Assembly (NCBI RefSeq): GCF_006345805.1
Contig: NC_043015.1
Span: forward strand, 18,538,001-18,602,000
DNA: 64,000 bases
Direction: 5' to 3'
From: Octopus sinensis
Taxonomy: Eukaryota
This document shows, piece after piece, positions 12,291-25,479 of this stretch (its first letter is position 1; every line of letters begins with the position of its first letter). The translations under genes were made by a program, and so were the position numbers. The notes beneath the pieces were generated by a model that saw nothing but the letters and a program-made list of their open reading frames with translations, was not told the origin of the DNA and searched no databases.

Positions 12291-12404
12291 ATGTCTACCG
12301 AATAATTGTCACATATTATATTTATAGATAAATTCCTCATTTACATAATATCGAGGTCTTTTTCATTTTCTTTTGTCTTACTATTTCTATCGATATATAT
12401 TATA

Positions 12405-12499
<95 letters not shown>

Positions 12500-12500
12500 C

Positions 12501-12577
<77 letters not shown>

Positions 12578-12586
12578 ATATATATA

Positions 12587-12632
12587 TCACCGTGATCACC
12601 TTGACCGACCAGACTATCAGATGTTGCTACAT
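12587..12632 (-). mobile_element. 3' tip of SINE family A
   Basis: Matches the reverse complement of the 3' end of 7465-7763 (gaccgaccag..atcagatg.tgctac). Confidence 0.6.
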
Positions 12633-12829
12633 AAGTATTTTACCAACTTTTCCATAAACACTACCAAACATTTACAAACAAAAATATATATTGACCCTTA
12701 CACTAAAAGTACAATAAATTTCTTCAAATTCAGCGGCTGACCCAACCAATTTTGGATTTATTTTTTGATATCTTATGTTCCTAAAGTCAAGAAAGTACTT
12801 TTTTTTGAAAGACCTCCGCAATAGCAATG

Positions 12830-13850
12830 AACAGGTACTTATCTGGTACAGAGTACTGGGTCCTGTGCCTTGTGTGCAAGCACGAACGCAACAAAAAAAA
12901 ATCCCATTCTGTTGTCATTAACCCTGAATTAGATAAAGAACATGAAACCTCTTCCACCAAACAAGTAAAACGGATCAAACAGACTGCAAAAAAGAACGGG
13001 AAGAAACAAACTGAGGAAATGCTGATGAAGACCAAGCAACAACCCATCAGATGTTGAGAAGTTCAGGACTGAAAGCAGGGACTGACGGTTTCATATAGGC
13101 GGTACAAAATCAAAGCTTGCTTACCAGGCTAACGTTCTACAAGCCGGTTCCAACCCTAAATGCAGATTCGGCGACACATTTGACGAATCAAATACCATTT
13201 CGTCTCAGGATGTCTTGCGGTGACACCAAACGAATACAAATACCGCCACAATAGGGTAGGACAATATTTTCATTGGAAAATATGTAAACACTACAAAATC
13301 AGCACTCCTGCTTACTGGTATTAACATCCTCCTGAGCCAGTCGTTCAAGGTAAAAATATCACTATCCTCTGAGATTTTCCAGTCAACATCGACAGAACGA
13401 TCCAGGTTAATCGACCAGACATAGTCATTAAAGACGAGGAGAAAATACATGTAGATTAACAAATGTAAGTGTTCCAGCTGATAAAGTTATGTTTGTAATG
13501 GAATTTGACAAATTAAGTAAATATAAGGACCTGGGAATTGAAATACAAAAGATGTGGCATCTTAAAGCGAGAACTGTTTCTGTTATTGTAGGTGCCCTGG
13601 GTATGATAAGAAAGGGATGTCAGAAACATCTAGATAAGATCTCAGGAGAACCATATCTCAAAAAAATCCAAAGATTGTACTGACAAGTACTGCGCATATC
13701 CTTAGAAAAAACCTTATCAATGTGTTGTATTACATGAAGATATTTCACTACTGCCCCTGCCACTTCCCCTCCTCAATCTTTCAGTCATACTGTAACATCT
13801 CTTATCCTTCACTCGCCCTAGGACGCTGGATGTGTCTCGGCAAGTCGTTG
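12830..13850 (+). mobile_element. Degenerate R4/Dong-like RLE LINE 3' fragment
   Basis: LRSSGLK..; NRPDIVIKD; DKLSKYKDLGIEIQKMWHLKARTVSVIVGALG; ends at (TAA)n. Confidence 0.85.
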
Positions 13851-13852
13851 TA

Positions 13853-13910
<58 letters not shown>

Positions 13911-13912
<2 letters not shown>

Positions 13913-14974
13913 CGTATAGAAGGTGGTAGAGGCCTTATACAGCTGGAAAACTACTATAAAATAACCACCATAGGACTGCAAAAATACCTACTTCAGAAGG
14001 AAGGAAAACTGATCCAGATAGCAGCAAAACACGAGCAAAACAAAAAACTGTTCTCAGTATTTAAGGAAGCTGACAAATACAAACAAGAAATCATACCACC
14101 TAATAAACACAAAGAAGAAGAAGAAGATGATGAAGAAACAACAAAAGCTATAAAACAAATGAAATCCAAACTAAAAATAGAACAGCAACGAGCCATGATA
14201 AAACGATGGCAAGAAAAGCCCCTTCATGGTAAATACTGCACTAAACTAAACGCAAAAGAAATAGACAAAGAAAAATCCCAGCAATGGTTGAGAAGCTCAG
14301 GACTCAAAGCAGAAACAGAGGGATTTTTAATTGCAGCACAAGACCAAAGCCTCCCCACCAGAAATTACCAAAAACATGTAATGAAAAGAAATATTACAAG
14401 TAACTGCAGAATATGTGGAGATGGACAAGAAACAATAAATCATATTATCTCTAGCTGCCCAGTCCTGGCTAAGAAGGAATATATTCACAGACATGATAGA
14501 GTTGGAACCTACATACATTGGAAGCTATGCCAACATTATGGAATAACAACAGAAAAAAGATGGTATAGGCACACACCAGAAAAGGTCACAGAAAACGAGA
14601 AAGCAACCATACTCTGGGATATGCCGATACACACAGATAGAGAAATTAAGGCCAACAGACCAGATATAGTTGTCAGAGATCATGAAGAAAAAAAATGCTT
14701 TCTAATTGATGTATCAATACCGGCAGATGACAACGTGTCTCTAAAAGAAATGGAGAAACTCTCAAAATACAAAGACCTGGAAATAGAGGTAACTAGAATG
14801 TGGAACCTGAAAACAGAAACAATTCCTATCATAGTAGGTGCATTAGGCATGATAAAAAAATATTCAGACAAATACATAACAAAAACACCAGGACTTACAA
14901 ACACATATAACATACAGAAAATTGCACTACTAGGCACTGCACACATCCTACGCAGAACACTTTCCATACAATAA
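13911..14974 (+). CDS. Open C-terminal part of the family A polyprotein (CCHC finger and PD-(D/E)xK restriction-like endonuclease)
   Basis: CRICGDGQETINHIISSC; RHDRV; NRPDIVVRD..LIDVSIP..KEMEKLSKYKDL. The N-terminal extension in the ORF track is only TAA repeat. Confidence 0.85.
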
Positions 14975-15071
14975 CCATCAGAGCATCACAACAAATCACA
15001 GCACATACCCAAGGCACACAGAGCTGCGCTCGGTAGTGAAGTGAAAGCACGCTATAAAAATAAAACTACTG
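13911..15071 (+). mobile_element. 5'-truncated young copy of R4/Dong-like family A
   Basis: Colinear without indels with 22359-23519 (three substitutions seen); both ends lie in (TAA)n. Confidence 0.95.
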
Positions 15072-15095
15072 AATAATAATAATATAATAATAATA

Positions 15096-15139
<44 letters not shown>

Positions 15140-18100
15140 GAGAGCTCCGCACTGAATAACATGGATGTGCTACACCGGGTTCGTCATTTTAACGAAAATA
15201 ATCACAAAACTAAATTTTACTGCCTAAATTTTACAAAGCTTAGCTTCTCTTATGCGCGATGTCTCAGCGAAACATGTGCGAAAAATACGCGAAATCAACA
15301 TCGGAAAGTTTACAAACTATAAAATATAAATGGAACAAAACTGTAAGTACATAAATTGACCAATTACGCATACACTCGAGTGTCATATATACATTTTCAT
15401 ATCCATAGGACTATACATACATCCCAATGTTTACACAACTACGTGAAATTTACGGGACACACATATGAAAACACGTGTCACGAACGAAGCAAAACGAATA
15501 TAAAAAACAATAAAATTTTAATTTTTCAAACTAACACAGAATGAACAATTCATAGGTTTAAAAACAGCACAAAAAAACTATGGCCGGAGATAAATCTATC
15601 AACAAAAAAATACAGACGAATACAAATCTGTTAACCTGAAGAAGCTGCTACGAGCAATGTTTTCATTCAGAGAACTCGGAGGCGGTGTTGTCTCAAAAAA
15701 TTAACCCTAAACAGATAAATCTGTCCCCTAACGTCAACGTCCAGGCTCGTCATACCTCAGTGATACCAAAACAAAATACAAACCGTATCCGCCTTCACCC
15801 GGAACACCAAGGACCGCGTAATCGAATGATGAACCAGATTCAATACGAAAAATATGCTACTGGTTCAAATTATCCCGAAACACAGGAGCTGGAAGTACCC
15901 CACAACGGGACTATTCTAGCAGATGGCCATCCATGCTCGTCATCAAATAACCAAAGGAAAAAGAATGAAAAATGGTCTAGAGGAGATAATAAAGAAGTTC
16001 TCAAGGCCTTCTATCATGCCATGTATTTCCTCACAAATAAATCAAATACTGTACAAGCCTATTTAAACTGGAGAAAGAAGCACCTTGAAGTAAGATCCTA
16101 CATAGACTGTAACAAACTTGCCAACGTCAGATAAAACATTATGAAAAAGAAATTACTAATTGAATTCGAGATTGACCAAATTAAAGATAAAAAGGGACGA
16201 AGTTGCAGCTAAAGAAGATACTACAGAGGAAATAATTATAGACCAACCCAGGTCTGATGAAAATGTAATAATGATTGAAAGTGTTAATGTAATTGATAAG
16301 CAAAGTGAAATACTCTCTGAACCAACCATAAGCACTAAGGTAGATAAAAATCAAATAGATGAAGAAAGTCACATTAAGCCAACAGAACTACATGATCTAA
16401 AAAATGAAATCGTGATTGAATGGCTGAAAATTAAAGAAACCAGTATGGATGAACGCGATATTCTCCCAAAAATCCGCAATTCTAACCAAAACCTAAAAAT
16501 AATTGGTAAAATCCGCCTTGCACTTAAGGATATTATTTCAGCTAATAATGTTGTCACCTGTACTATGCATCCACGAAAATCTCAACGATTCTATGTTGTG
16601 AAAATATTAGAAAACGACAACATTCTCACAAAAAACCTACTTGGCAAGAGCGTATTCAACGCCAAATTCAGCTACTTAGGTCTGTCAAAGAATGCTTAAA
16701 AAACCTTGAGTTTGACAAGACTATCAAGCCAACAAAAATTCAAAAATTAAAGAAAAAATATATGAAAACCATACTTGACATCGATACGATCACAGAAACT
16801 ATCAAGCAAAAGGTATGTGCTAAAGCTGTCCGCATAGCAAGATATGAAAAGTGCGTTAGATTCTTCAAGGTTAACGTTCAAAAATAACCCAAAAACATTT
16901 TACAGGAAGATAGGAAAAATACTAGTTACAGTAAAGACTGCTCCATCAAAAGAAGTGCTAGAATTTTGGAATAAAATTTGGGCAGGAGAATATCTTCCGA
17001 CTTGAACTTCTTATGAGCGCAAAAGTGGGAGGGTATCAAGGGAGAAGATGTAAGATCTGCTCCCAGGAAGTCAAGTAAATGAAAGTCTCCAGGAAAGGAT
17101 AAAATTCCCAACTTCTGGTTGAATGCCTTCCCAGAGAGCCAGGAACTGTTAACAAAACTTTACAACAATGTTTCGCAAAAATCTAGTATGATTCCCTCTT
17201 CGCTTGTTAATGGTGTAACATCCCTACTTCCAAAAAATGAAGAAACAAATGAACCAGATAATTATAGACACATAACCTGCTTAACAACAATGTATAAAAT
17301 ACTAATATCTATCTTTTTTTAATTAAAAATGGCATATTCCCTAATGAGTAGAAAGGATGTAAACGTGGCTCCTATGGCTGTAAAGATCAGCTACTCATCA
17401 ATATGAGGATCTTGGGAGATTGTCACAAATGACACAAAAACTTGTCGATAGCCTGGATAGACTATAAAAAAGCTTTTGATAGTCTACCACATAGCTGGAT
17501 TAAGAAATGTCTGCAAATGTATAAAATAGCACCTACTTCTTGTCTGTAAGCATGAGATCATGAAGAACCACACTGACTTTGAACAGAGATAACGAATGTC
17601 TTAATGCTGGAGATGTAAGAATTTCATGTGGCATTTTTCAGAGCGACTCTCTATCATCACTTCTCTCTGGTCTAGCCTTAATGCCTCTCTCGAAATTGCT
17701 CGATGATGCACAATACGGCTATAAAATGTTTGATAAAAATATAAATCACCTCATTTAAATGGATGATTTAAAGCACTTTGCAAAAGATTACCAACAACTC
17801 AAGGCGTACTAGCGATTGTTAAACAATTCAGTGATGACATCAGGATGCAATTTGGCCCCGATAAATGTGAAAAAGCTACCTTTATCAAAGGAAAAATGAC
17901 AGAAACTTCCAATGTTAATTTTGACCAGCAGAATGTCATAAAGGAGTTAGAACCAGCGGAGTGCTACAAATACCTAGGGGTACTTGAAGGGGACAAAGTC
18001 AAACATTCAGTGATGAGGGAAAGGATCAGAAGAGAATTTATCGCAGGGTAAGGGCATTACTCAAGACAGAGCTGAATGCAAGAAACAGGATCGAAGCGTT

Positions 18101-19482
18101 CAATACTTTAGCCATACCGGTCGTGACTTACAGTTTCAATATCATTAACTGGTCAATTACCGAAATATGTAATCCTGACAGAAAAATATGAAAATTGTTG
18201 ACAATGCATAGAATAAACCACCCTAAGGCAGATATAGAACGACTTTATCTGCCGAGAAAAGAGAGTGGCCGTAGACTTTTATAACTGGAATTAAAGATGA
18301 AGATTACCACAATTGGCCAAGAAACCTACCTGAAAAACTGATGACTGGATGTTAAAACTTGTCTCAAAGCATGAAAACAATATAGCATACTCAGTAACAA
18401 AGCAGGCAAAGAAATATCTAAGTGAATTCCAAATACAACAAATTCCAGAATTAGACGTACTAGAAACACGCACAGAAAAAGCTAAGCGTATGAAAACCCG
18501 TGCTAAAACTGCTGCCTTAGATAGTCTTACTGATGGATGGCAAGAAAAATATCTCAATGGCAAATACCCAAAGAGAGCTAATAGTGTCCGTGTTGACAAA
18601 GCCCTTACCTATCAATAGTTTGTGTCTTCTGGCTTAAAATTAGAAACAGAATAATTTATCATAGCAGCCCAAGATCAATGCCTACCTACAAGGAACTACC
18701 AGGCCAACATATTAAAGAACGGCAGTAGCCCAACATCTCGTGTATGTAAACAACAAAATGAAACCATTGATCATGTTGTCTCCACGTGTAGTCTTCTTGC
18801 GCCTACAGAGTATCTTAACAAGCATGATAGAGCAACACAATACATTCACTGGATAATTTGCAAAAATCTGAACCTGCTCCACGATAAAAACTGGTGGGAA
18901 CACAAACCACCTCCAGTGCTTCAAAATGATCTCATCTCACTCCTCTGGAACTTCACCATTCAAACTGACAGAAAGATAGATGCGAATAGGCTAGACATTA
19001 TATTGAAAGACTTCACACAAAAATCATACTTCCTCATTGATATGACTGTCCCAATCGTCATAAATGTATCTGTTAAGACATACCAAAAACTGAGCAAGTA
19101 TAAATATCTTGAAATAGAAATTGAGAAAACGTGGAACCTCAAGACTAAAAACAATACCTGTTGTCATAGGTACCCTAGGAATGATAGCAAAATGGGCTGA
19201 CTCCTATCTAGCTCAGATACCAGGAAATCCCAAAATGGCAGAAATTCAATAGATTGTATTCATGGGAACTGCCCATATCCTACATAAAATACTGCCTATG
19301 TAACCTCAAATTTTAAAACAAACTCATAATTCTCTTATGTGTTCTTAAACAAATACTATGTGCAAAACCAAATATATGACACGCTAGGCATGACACCAAC
19401 ATGAATATCTATCTTGTCTTTTGAGGTCTCTGGGTGAGCCAGAGAGTCAACTTGTACGAATACAAAGCAAAAGTCAAACATA
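15140..19482 (+). mobile_element. Near full-length, heavily decayed R4/Dong-like LINE, family B
   Basis: N-terminal domain KWSRGDNKEVLKAFY..NKLANVR; RT YRHITCL, AWIDYKKAFDS, MDDLK-like; RLE ..DIILKD..LIDMTVP..KLSKYK; many stops; (TAA)n at both ends. Confidence 0.9.
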
Positions 19483-19534
19483 TAATAATAATGACAATAA
19501 TAATAATAATAATAACAATAATAATAATAATAAT

Positions 19535-22500
19535 GACCGGGGACGTTTAAGAGAAGACACCGGGGACGTTTAAGATGTAAGAAGGAAAATACAGAGCTCC
19601 GAAATCTATCCACAAACATCGAAAACAAGGACACCCTATGGAGCCAAAGATTTACTAACAAAGAATTGGACTATATCTGAGTAAGTAATACGAATTGAAA
19701 TTTATTACTATTTTCGAAACGAAATGATGTATTTTGACTCGATATTATCTCCACCCCTAACACAACACATGTAAACATGCGTGGAACAACACGATCATCC
19801 CCGACCTCAAACACCATGTACAAAGGAACTACGAAGAAATTAAATGCCACCGATACTATTCAACCCAAGAATAACAATCGAGCGGTACGTACATTAAACC
19901 TACAACAAAAAATGTACGAAAAACTACACGTGCGAAATAATGTGACAACAGAAATAAACGGACCGGTACCCTACGAAAATGACGACCGTCAAAATAATGG
20001 GCCGGACGTTGTACCTCATGTCCCGCAATTAAAACCCAAGGGACGTAAATGGACACGTGAGGAATACATTTCTATCTTACACGCATACTTCACAGCAATG
20101 CTCTACCGACAAAATGAAAATACAACAACACATACATATAAAATATGGAAGGAAAATAATAGAGATATAGACTTGGATACAGCAATGAACCCTAATAAAT
20201 TAGCTAACGTACGAAGATACATTCTCAAAGCCAAAAAAATATCAGAAATAGAAATAGAACATTTAAAAGAAAAAATACACCAGGAAAATGTAGATAGAAG
20301 CCACACAACAATGCCCAATAATATAAACACTGAAACTGTAAAACACGAAGACAAACGCAACATTCCCAACAAACACGATGTAAACAACGAAGGGGAGCCT
20401 AATGATTATGATAATATAAAAAATAAAATAATCAAAGAACTGAAAATCACAGAGCCCAAAATGGACCACCGACCATACCTCCCAAGAATAAAAATAAACG
20501 CAATAACAACACCAATTATAAACAACATAAACCTAGCCGTCACTGAACTAGCCACTGAAACAAAAAAAAAAGTGATATCACTGAACTAAATGACTTGATA
20601 TACGCAGCAGCCACTGCAGCCACAAAAGAAGCTGGATACTCACCCAAACCCGCCCAAACAGGAGTATCACCACCCAAACAAACCCTGTGGATAAATAACA
20701 TCCAAAACAAAATAAAAAAATTTAGAAAAGACCTGTCGATTCTTAATGAAATCAGCAAACAAGCAACGCTACTGAGCAACAAAAAGAGAACAAAAATGCT
20801 CCGCAAATATAACATCACAGAAAAAGATTTGCCGGAGATAAAAGAAAAGCTGAAGCAAGATATCCTTGCCAAAGCTCAAAGGATCCGCCGGTACGAGAAA
20901 CGCCAACGCTTCTTTGAACAGAACAAAAAGTTCAACTCCGACCCCAAAAAGTTCTACCAAGAACTGGGCAAAAATAAAATAGAAGTTACTGCAGCACCAA
21001 CGGCAGAAGAATTGGAAGAATTCTGGAAAGAAATATGGTCGGCGAACGAACAGCCAAAAAAAAGGAGTATGAAAATAACAAACTCGGCATCTGAACAACT
21101 TTGGACCCCCATAACAACTGAAGAGGTCACCCAGGCACTGCAAAAACTAAGCAACTGGAAGGCACCTGGGCATGACAAGATCCCCAACTTCTGGTTGAAA
21201 TATCTAACAGGAATGCACAAAAAGCTGGCTGAAAACTTTAACAGCATACTAGCAGAGCCAGAGAGACAATGCCTGAATGGCTCACGAAGGGGAAAACCAT
21301 CTTAATTCCCAAATCAAATGAAACAACAAAACCAGAAAACTACAGACCAATAACCTGCCTCCCTACTATGTTCAAGGCATTTACTGCAGTGATATCGCAA
21401 AGGCTGAACAAGCACCTGGACGAAAACAAACTGTTCCCAGAAGAGCAGAAAGATGCCGCAAGGGCTCATATGGCTGTAAAGATCAACTAATGATTAATAA
21501 AGCCGTAACTGAAGACAGCCACAGAAAGAAGAAAGGCCTCAGTATGGCCTGGATTGACTACAAAAAGGCGTTTGATAGCATCCCCCACACATGGATCCTC
21601 GAAATACTAGCCATTAACAAAGTAGCACCAACAATCATAAAATTCATAGAGCACTCTATGAATAAATGGCAAACAGTCCTACACCTCCAAACAAAAGAGG
21701 GACTCATGAAAACCAAAGACATCCCCATTAGAAGAGGAATATTCCAGGGAGACACGCTCTCTCCACTCCTTTTCTGCTTGGCACTGTCACCTCTATCTGA
21801 TATGCTAAATAGAACTGGATGCGGATATAAGTTACGGCAAAACGATCAGCCACCTTTTATATATGGATGACCTAAAACTATACGCTGCAAATGACAAACA
21901 GCTGGAAACACTATTAAAGACAGTTCATGGATTTACCAAAGAAATAGATATGAAATTTGGATTAGAAAAATGCGCCAAAGTAACCATGAAAAGAGGAAAA
22001 CTAGTTAAGAGTAACAACATCACACTAGATAAAACCAATGAAATAAAAGAATTAGACCAAAGCCAAACTTACAAATACTTAGGAATCCATGAACTAGATA
22101 AGACACAACACACAGAAATGAAAGAGAAAATAAAAAAAGAATATTATAGACGAGTTAGATCAATACTAAAAACAGAGCTCAATGCTAAAAACAAGATAAT
22201 AGGTATCAACACTTTAGCTGTCCCAGTTATAAGTTACAGCTACAATATCCTTAACTGGACACGAAATGAACTGTCCAAAATAGATAGGAAAACAAGAAAA
22301 ATACTGACAGGATCTAGGATGCATCACCCAAAATCTGACATAGAAAGACTATATATACAACGTATAGAAAGTGGTAGAGGCCTTATACAGCTGGAAAACT
22401 ACTATAAAATAACCACCATAGGACTGCAAAAATACCTACTTCAGAAGGAAGGAAAACTGATCCAGATAGCAGCAAAACACAAGCAAAACAAAAAACTGTT

Positions 22501-23516
22501 CTCAGTATTTAAGGAAGCTGACAAATACAAACAAGAAATCATACCACCTAATAAACACAAAGAAGAAGAAGAAGATGATGAAGAAACAACAAAAGCTATA
22601 AAACAAATGAAATCCAAACTAAAAATAGAACAGCAACGAGCCATGATAAAACGATGGCAAGAAAAGCCCCTTCATGGTAAATACTGCACTAAACTAAACG
22701 CAAAAGAAATAGACAAAGAAAAATCCCAGCAATGGTTGAGAAGCTCAGGACTCAAAGCAGAAACAGAGGGATTTTTAATTGCAGCACAAGACCAAAGCCT
22801 CCCCACCAGAAATTACCAAAAACATGTAATGAAAAGAAATATTACAAGTAACTGCAGAATATGTGGAGATGGACAAGAAACAATAAATCATATTATCTCT
22901 AGCTGCCCAGTCCTGGCTAAGAAGGAATATATTCACAGACATGACAGAGTTGGAACCTACATACATTGGAAGCTATGCCAACATTATGGAATAACAACAG
23001 AAAAAAGATGGTATAGGCACACACCAGAAAAGGTCACAGAAAACGAGAAAGCAACCATACTCTGGGATATGCCGATACACACAGATAGAGAAATTAAGGC
23101 CAACAGACCAGATATAGTTGTCAGAGATCATGAAGAAAAAAAATGCTTTCTAATTGATGTATCAATACCGGCAGATGACAACGTGTCTCTAAAAGAAATG
23201 GAGAAACTCTCAAAATACAAAGACCTGGAAATAGAGGTAACTAGAATGTGGAACCTGAAAACAGAAACAATTCCTATCATAGTAGGTGCATTAGGCATGA
23301 TAAAAAAATATTCAGACAAATACATAACAAAAACACCAGGACTTACAAACACATATAACATACAGAAAATTGCACTACTAGGCACTGCACACATCCTACG
23401 CAGAACACTTTCCATACAATAACCATCAGAGCATCACAACAAATCACAGCACATACCCAAGGCACACAGAGCTGCGCTCGGTAGTGAAGTGAAAGCACGC
23501 TATAAAAATAAAACTA

Positions 23517-23519
<3 letters not shown>
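19535..23519 (+). mobile_element. Near-intact ~4-kb R4/Dong-like RLE LINE, family A, inserted in (TAA)n
   Basis: A single polyprotein split into ORFs 19777, 20595, 21269, 21490 and 21863 by four frameshifts. It contains an N-terminal domain, RT (YRPITCL, AWIDYKKAFDS, GIFQGDTLSPLLF, MDDLK), CCHC and RLE. TAA repeats flank both sides. Confidence 0.95.
21863..23422 (+). CDS. Family A polyprotein, RT C-terminus, CCHC and RLE (519-aa open segment)
   Basis: MDDLKLYA; YKYLG; GRGL; CCHC; RHD; PD..D..K motif. Confidence 0.9.
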   Translation: MDDLKLYAANDKQLETLLKTVHGFTKEIDMKFGLEKCAKVTMKRGKLVKSNNITLDKTNEIKELDQSQTYKYLGIHELDKTQHTEMKEKIKKEYYRRVRSILKTELNAKNKIIGINTLAVPVISYSYNILNWTRNELSKIDRKTRKILTGSRMHHPKSDIERLYIQRIESGRGLIQLENYYKITTIGLQKYLLQKEGKLIQIAAKHKQNKKLFSVFKEADKYKQEIIPPNKHKEEEEDDEETTKAIKQMKSKLKIEQQRAMIKRWQEKPLHGKYCTKLNAKEIDKEKSQQWLRSSGLKAETEGFLIAAQDQSLPTRNYQKHVMKRNITSNCRICGDGQETINHIISSCPVLAKKEYIHRHDRVGTYIHWKLCQHYGITTEKRWYRHTPEKVTENEKATILWDMPIHTDREIKANRPDIVVRDHEEKKCFLIDVSIPADDNVSLKEMEKLSKYKDLEIEVTRMWNLKTETIPIIVGALGMIKKYSDKYITKTPGLTNTYNIQKIALLGTAHILRRTLSIQ

Positions 23520-23560
<41 letters not shown>

Positions 23561-23615
23561 TGATAATAATAATAATAAAATAATAATAATAATAATAATG
23601 ATGATGATGATGATG

Positions 23616-23676
<61 letters not shown>

Positions 23677-23721
23677 TAATAATGATGATGATGATAATAA
23701 TAATAATAATAATAATAATAA

Positions 23722-25282
23722 CCTTGACCAGCAGAATGTCATAAAGGAGTTAGAACCAGCGGAGAGCTACAAGTACCTAGGGGTAATTGAAGGGGACGGA
23801 ATAAGGCATTCAGTGATGAAGGAAAGGATCAGGAGAGAATGTTATCGCAGAGTAAGAGCAATACTCAAGACAGAGCTAAATGCGAGAAACAGGATCGAAG
23901 CGATCAATGCTTTCGCCATACCAATCGTGACTTACAGTTTCAACATCGTTAACTGGTCAATTACTGAAATATGTAATCTTGACAGAAAAATACGAAAACT
24001 GTTGACAATGCATAGAATGCACCACCCTAAGGCAGATATAGAACGACTTTACCTGCCAAGAAAAGCGGGAGGCCGTGGACTTTTACAACTGGCAATAACA
24101 ATGAAGATTGCTACAATTAGCCTAGACACCTACCTGAAAAACTCTGAGGACTGGATTTTAAAACTTGTCTCAAAACATGAAAACAAGAAAGCATCATACT
24201 CAGTAACAAAACAGGCAAAGGAATATCTAAGTGAATTCCGAATACAACAAATATAGGAATTAGACATACAAGAAACAAGCACAGAAAAAGCTAAACGCAT
24301 GAAAACCCGTGCTAAAACTGCTGCCTTAGATATTCTGAATGATAAATGGCAAATACCCAAAGAGAGCGAATAATGCAGATGTTGACAAAGCCCTGACACT
24401 TCAATGGCTAATGGCCTCTGGCTTAAAATCTGAAACAGAAGGGTTTATCATAGCAGCTCAAGATCAATGCCTACCAACAAGGAACTACCAGGCCAACATA
24501 TTAAAGAACGGCAGTAGCCCAACATCACGTGTATGTAAACAACAAAATGAAACCATTGATCATGTTGCCTCCAAGTGCAGTCTTCTAGCGCCTACAGAGT
24601 ATCTCAAACAGCATGATAGAGCTGCACAATATATTCACTGGGTAATCTGCGAAAACCTGAATTTGCCCCATGAAAAAAACTGGTGGGAACACAAACCACC
24701 TCCAGTGCTTCAAAATGACCACATCTCACTCCTATGGAACTTCCCCATTCAAACTGACAGAAAGATAGATACAAATAGGCCAGACATCATATTGAAAGAC
24801 TTCAAACAAAGAACATGCCTCCTCATTGATATGACTTTCCCAATCGATATAAACGTATCTGTCAAGACCTACCAAAAACTGAGTAAATATAAAGATCTTG
24901 AAATAGAAATCAGCAAAATGTGGAACCTGAAAACTAAAACAATACCTGTTGTCATAGGTGCCCTGGGAATTATAGCAAAAGAGGCTGATCGCTACCTAAC
25001 TCAGATACCGGGAAACCCCAAAATGGCAGAAATTCAAAAGATAGTGCTCATGGGAACTGCTCATATCCTACGCAAAATACTTTCTATGTAACCTCAAGTT
25101 TTAAAACAAACATAACTTTGGTTTTTTTTTCAGGCATTCTCTAGTACAACACTAAATACAAAACCAAATATATGGTGCACTAGGCATAACAACATCACGA
25201 ACTTCCAACCTGTTGCCTCTTGAGGTCTCTGGGTGAGACTTGGAGCCAACTTGTACAAATATAAAGCAAAAGTCAAACATAG
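23722..25282 (+). mobile_element. 5'-truncated, younger family-B-related RLE LINE
   Basis: ORFs 23813-24256 and 24339-25091 (RLE); begins and ends in (TAA)n. Confidence 0.9.
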
Positions 25283-25354
25283 AATAATAATAATAATATT
25301 AATGATAACAACAACAACAACAACAACAACAACACTAACAACAACAACAACAAC

Positions 25355-25392
<38 letters not shown>

Positions 25393-25479
25393 CTTCCGTT
25401 AATGTTGGAGTTGCTGTCAGGAAGAGTTGCAGAACTGTATAAATTTCTTGATGAGCACGATATATATATATATATATGA

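Larger units (their letters stand above)
11012..12395 (+). mobile_element. Two tandem copies (699-bp period) of an ORF-less element with 63-bp inverted ends and a decayed hammerhead
   Basis: 11012-11074 is the reverse complement of 11572-11634 (60 of 63 match). The second unit is offset by 699 bp, and the spurious ORFs 11108 and 11807 are identical. Confidence 0.75.

Noticed and set aside
15630-15680. ctgaagaagctgct.. as a hammerhead
   Set aside because: No GAAA, helix III or helix I partner follows.
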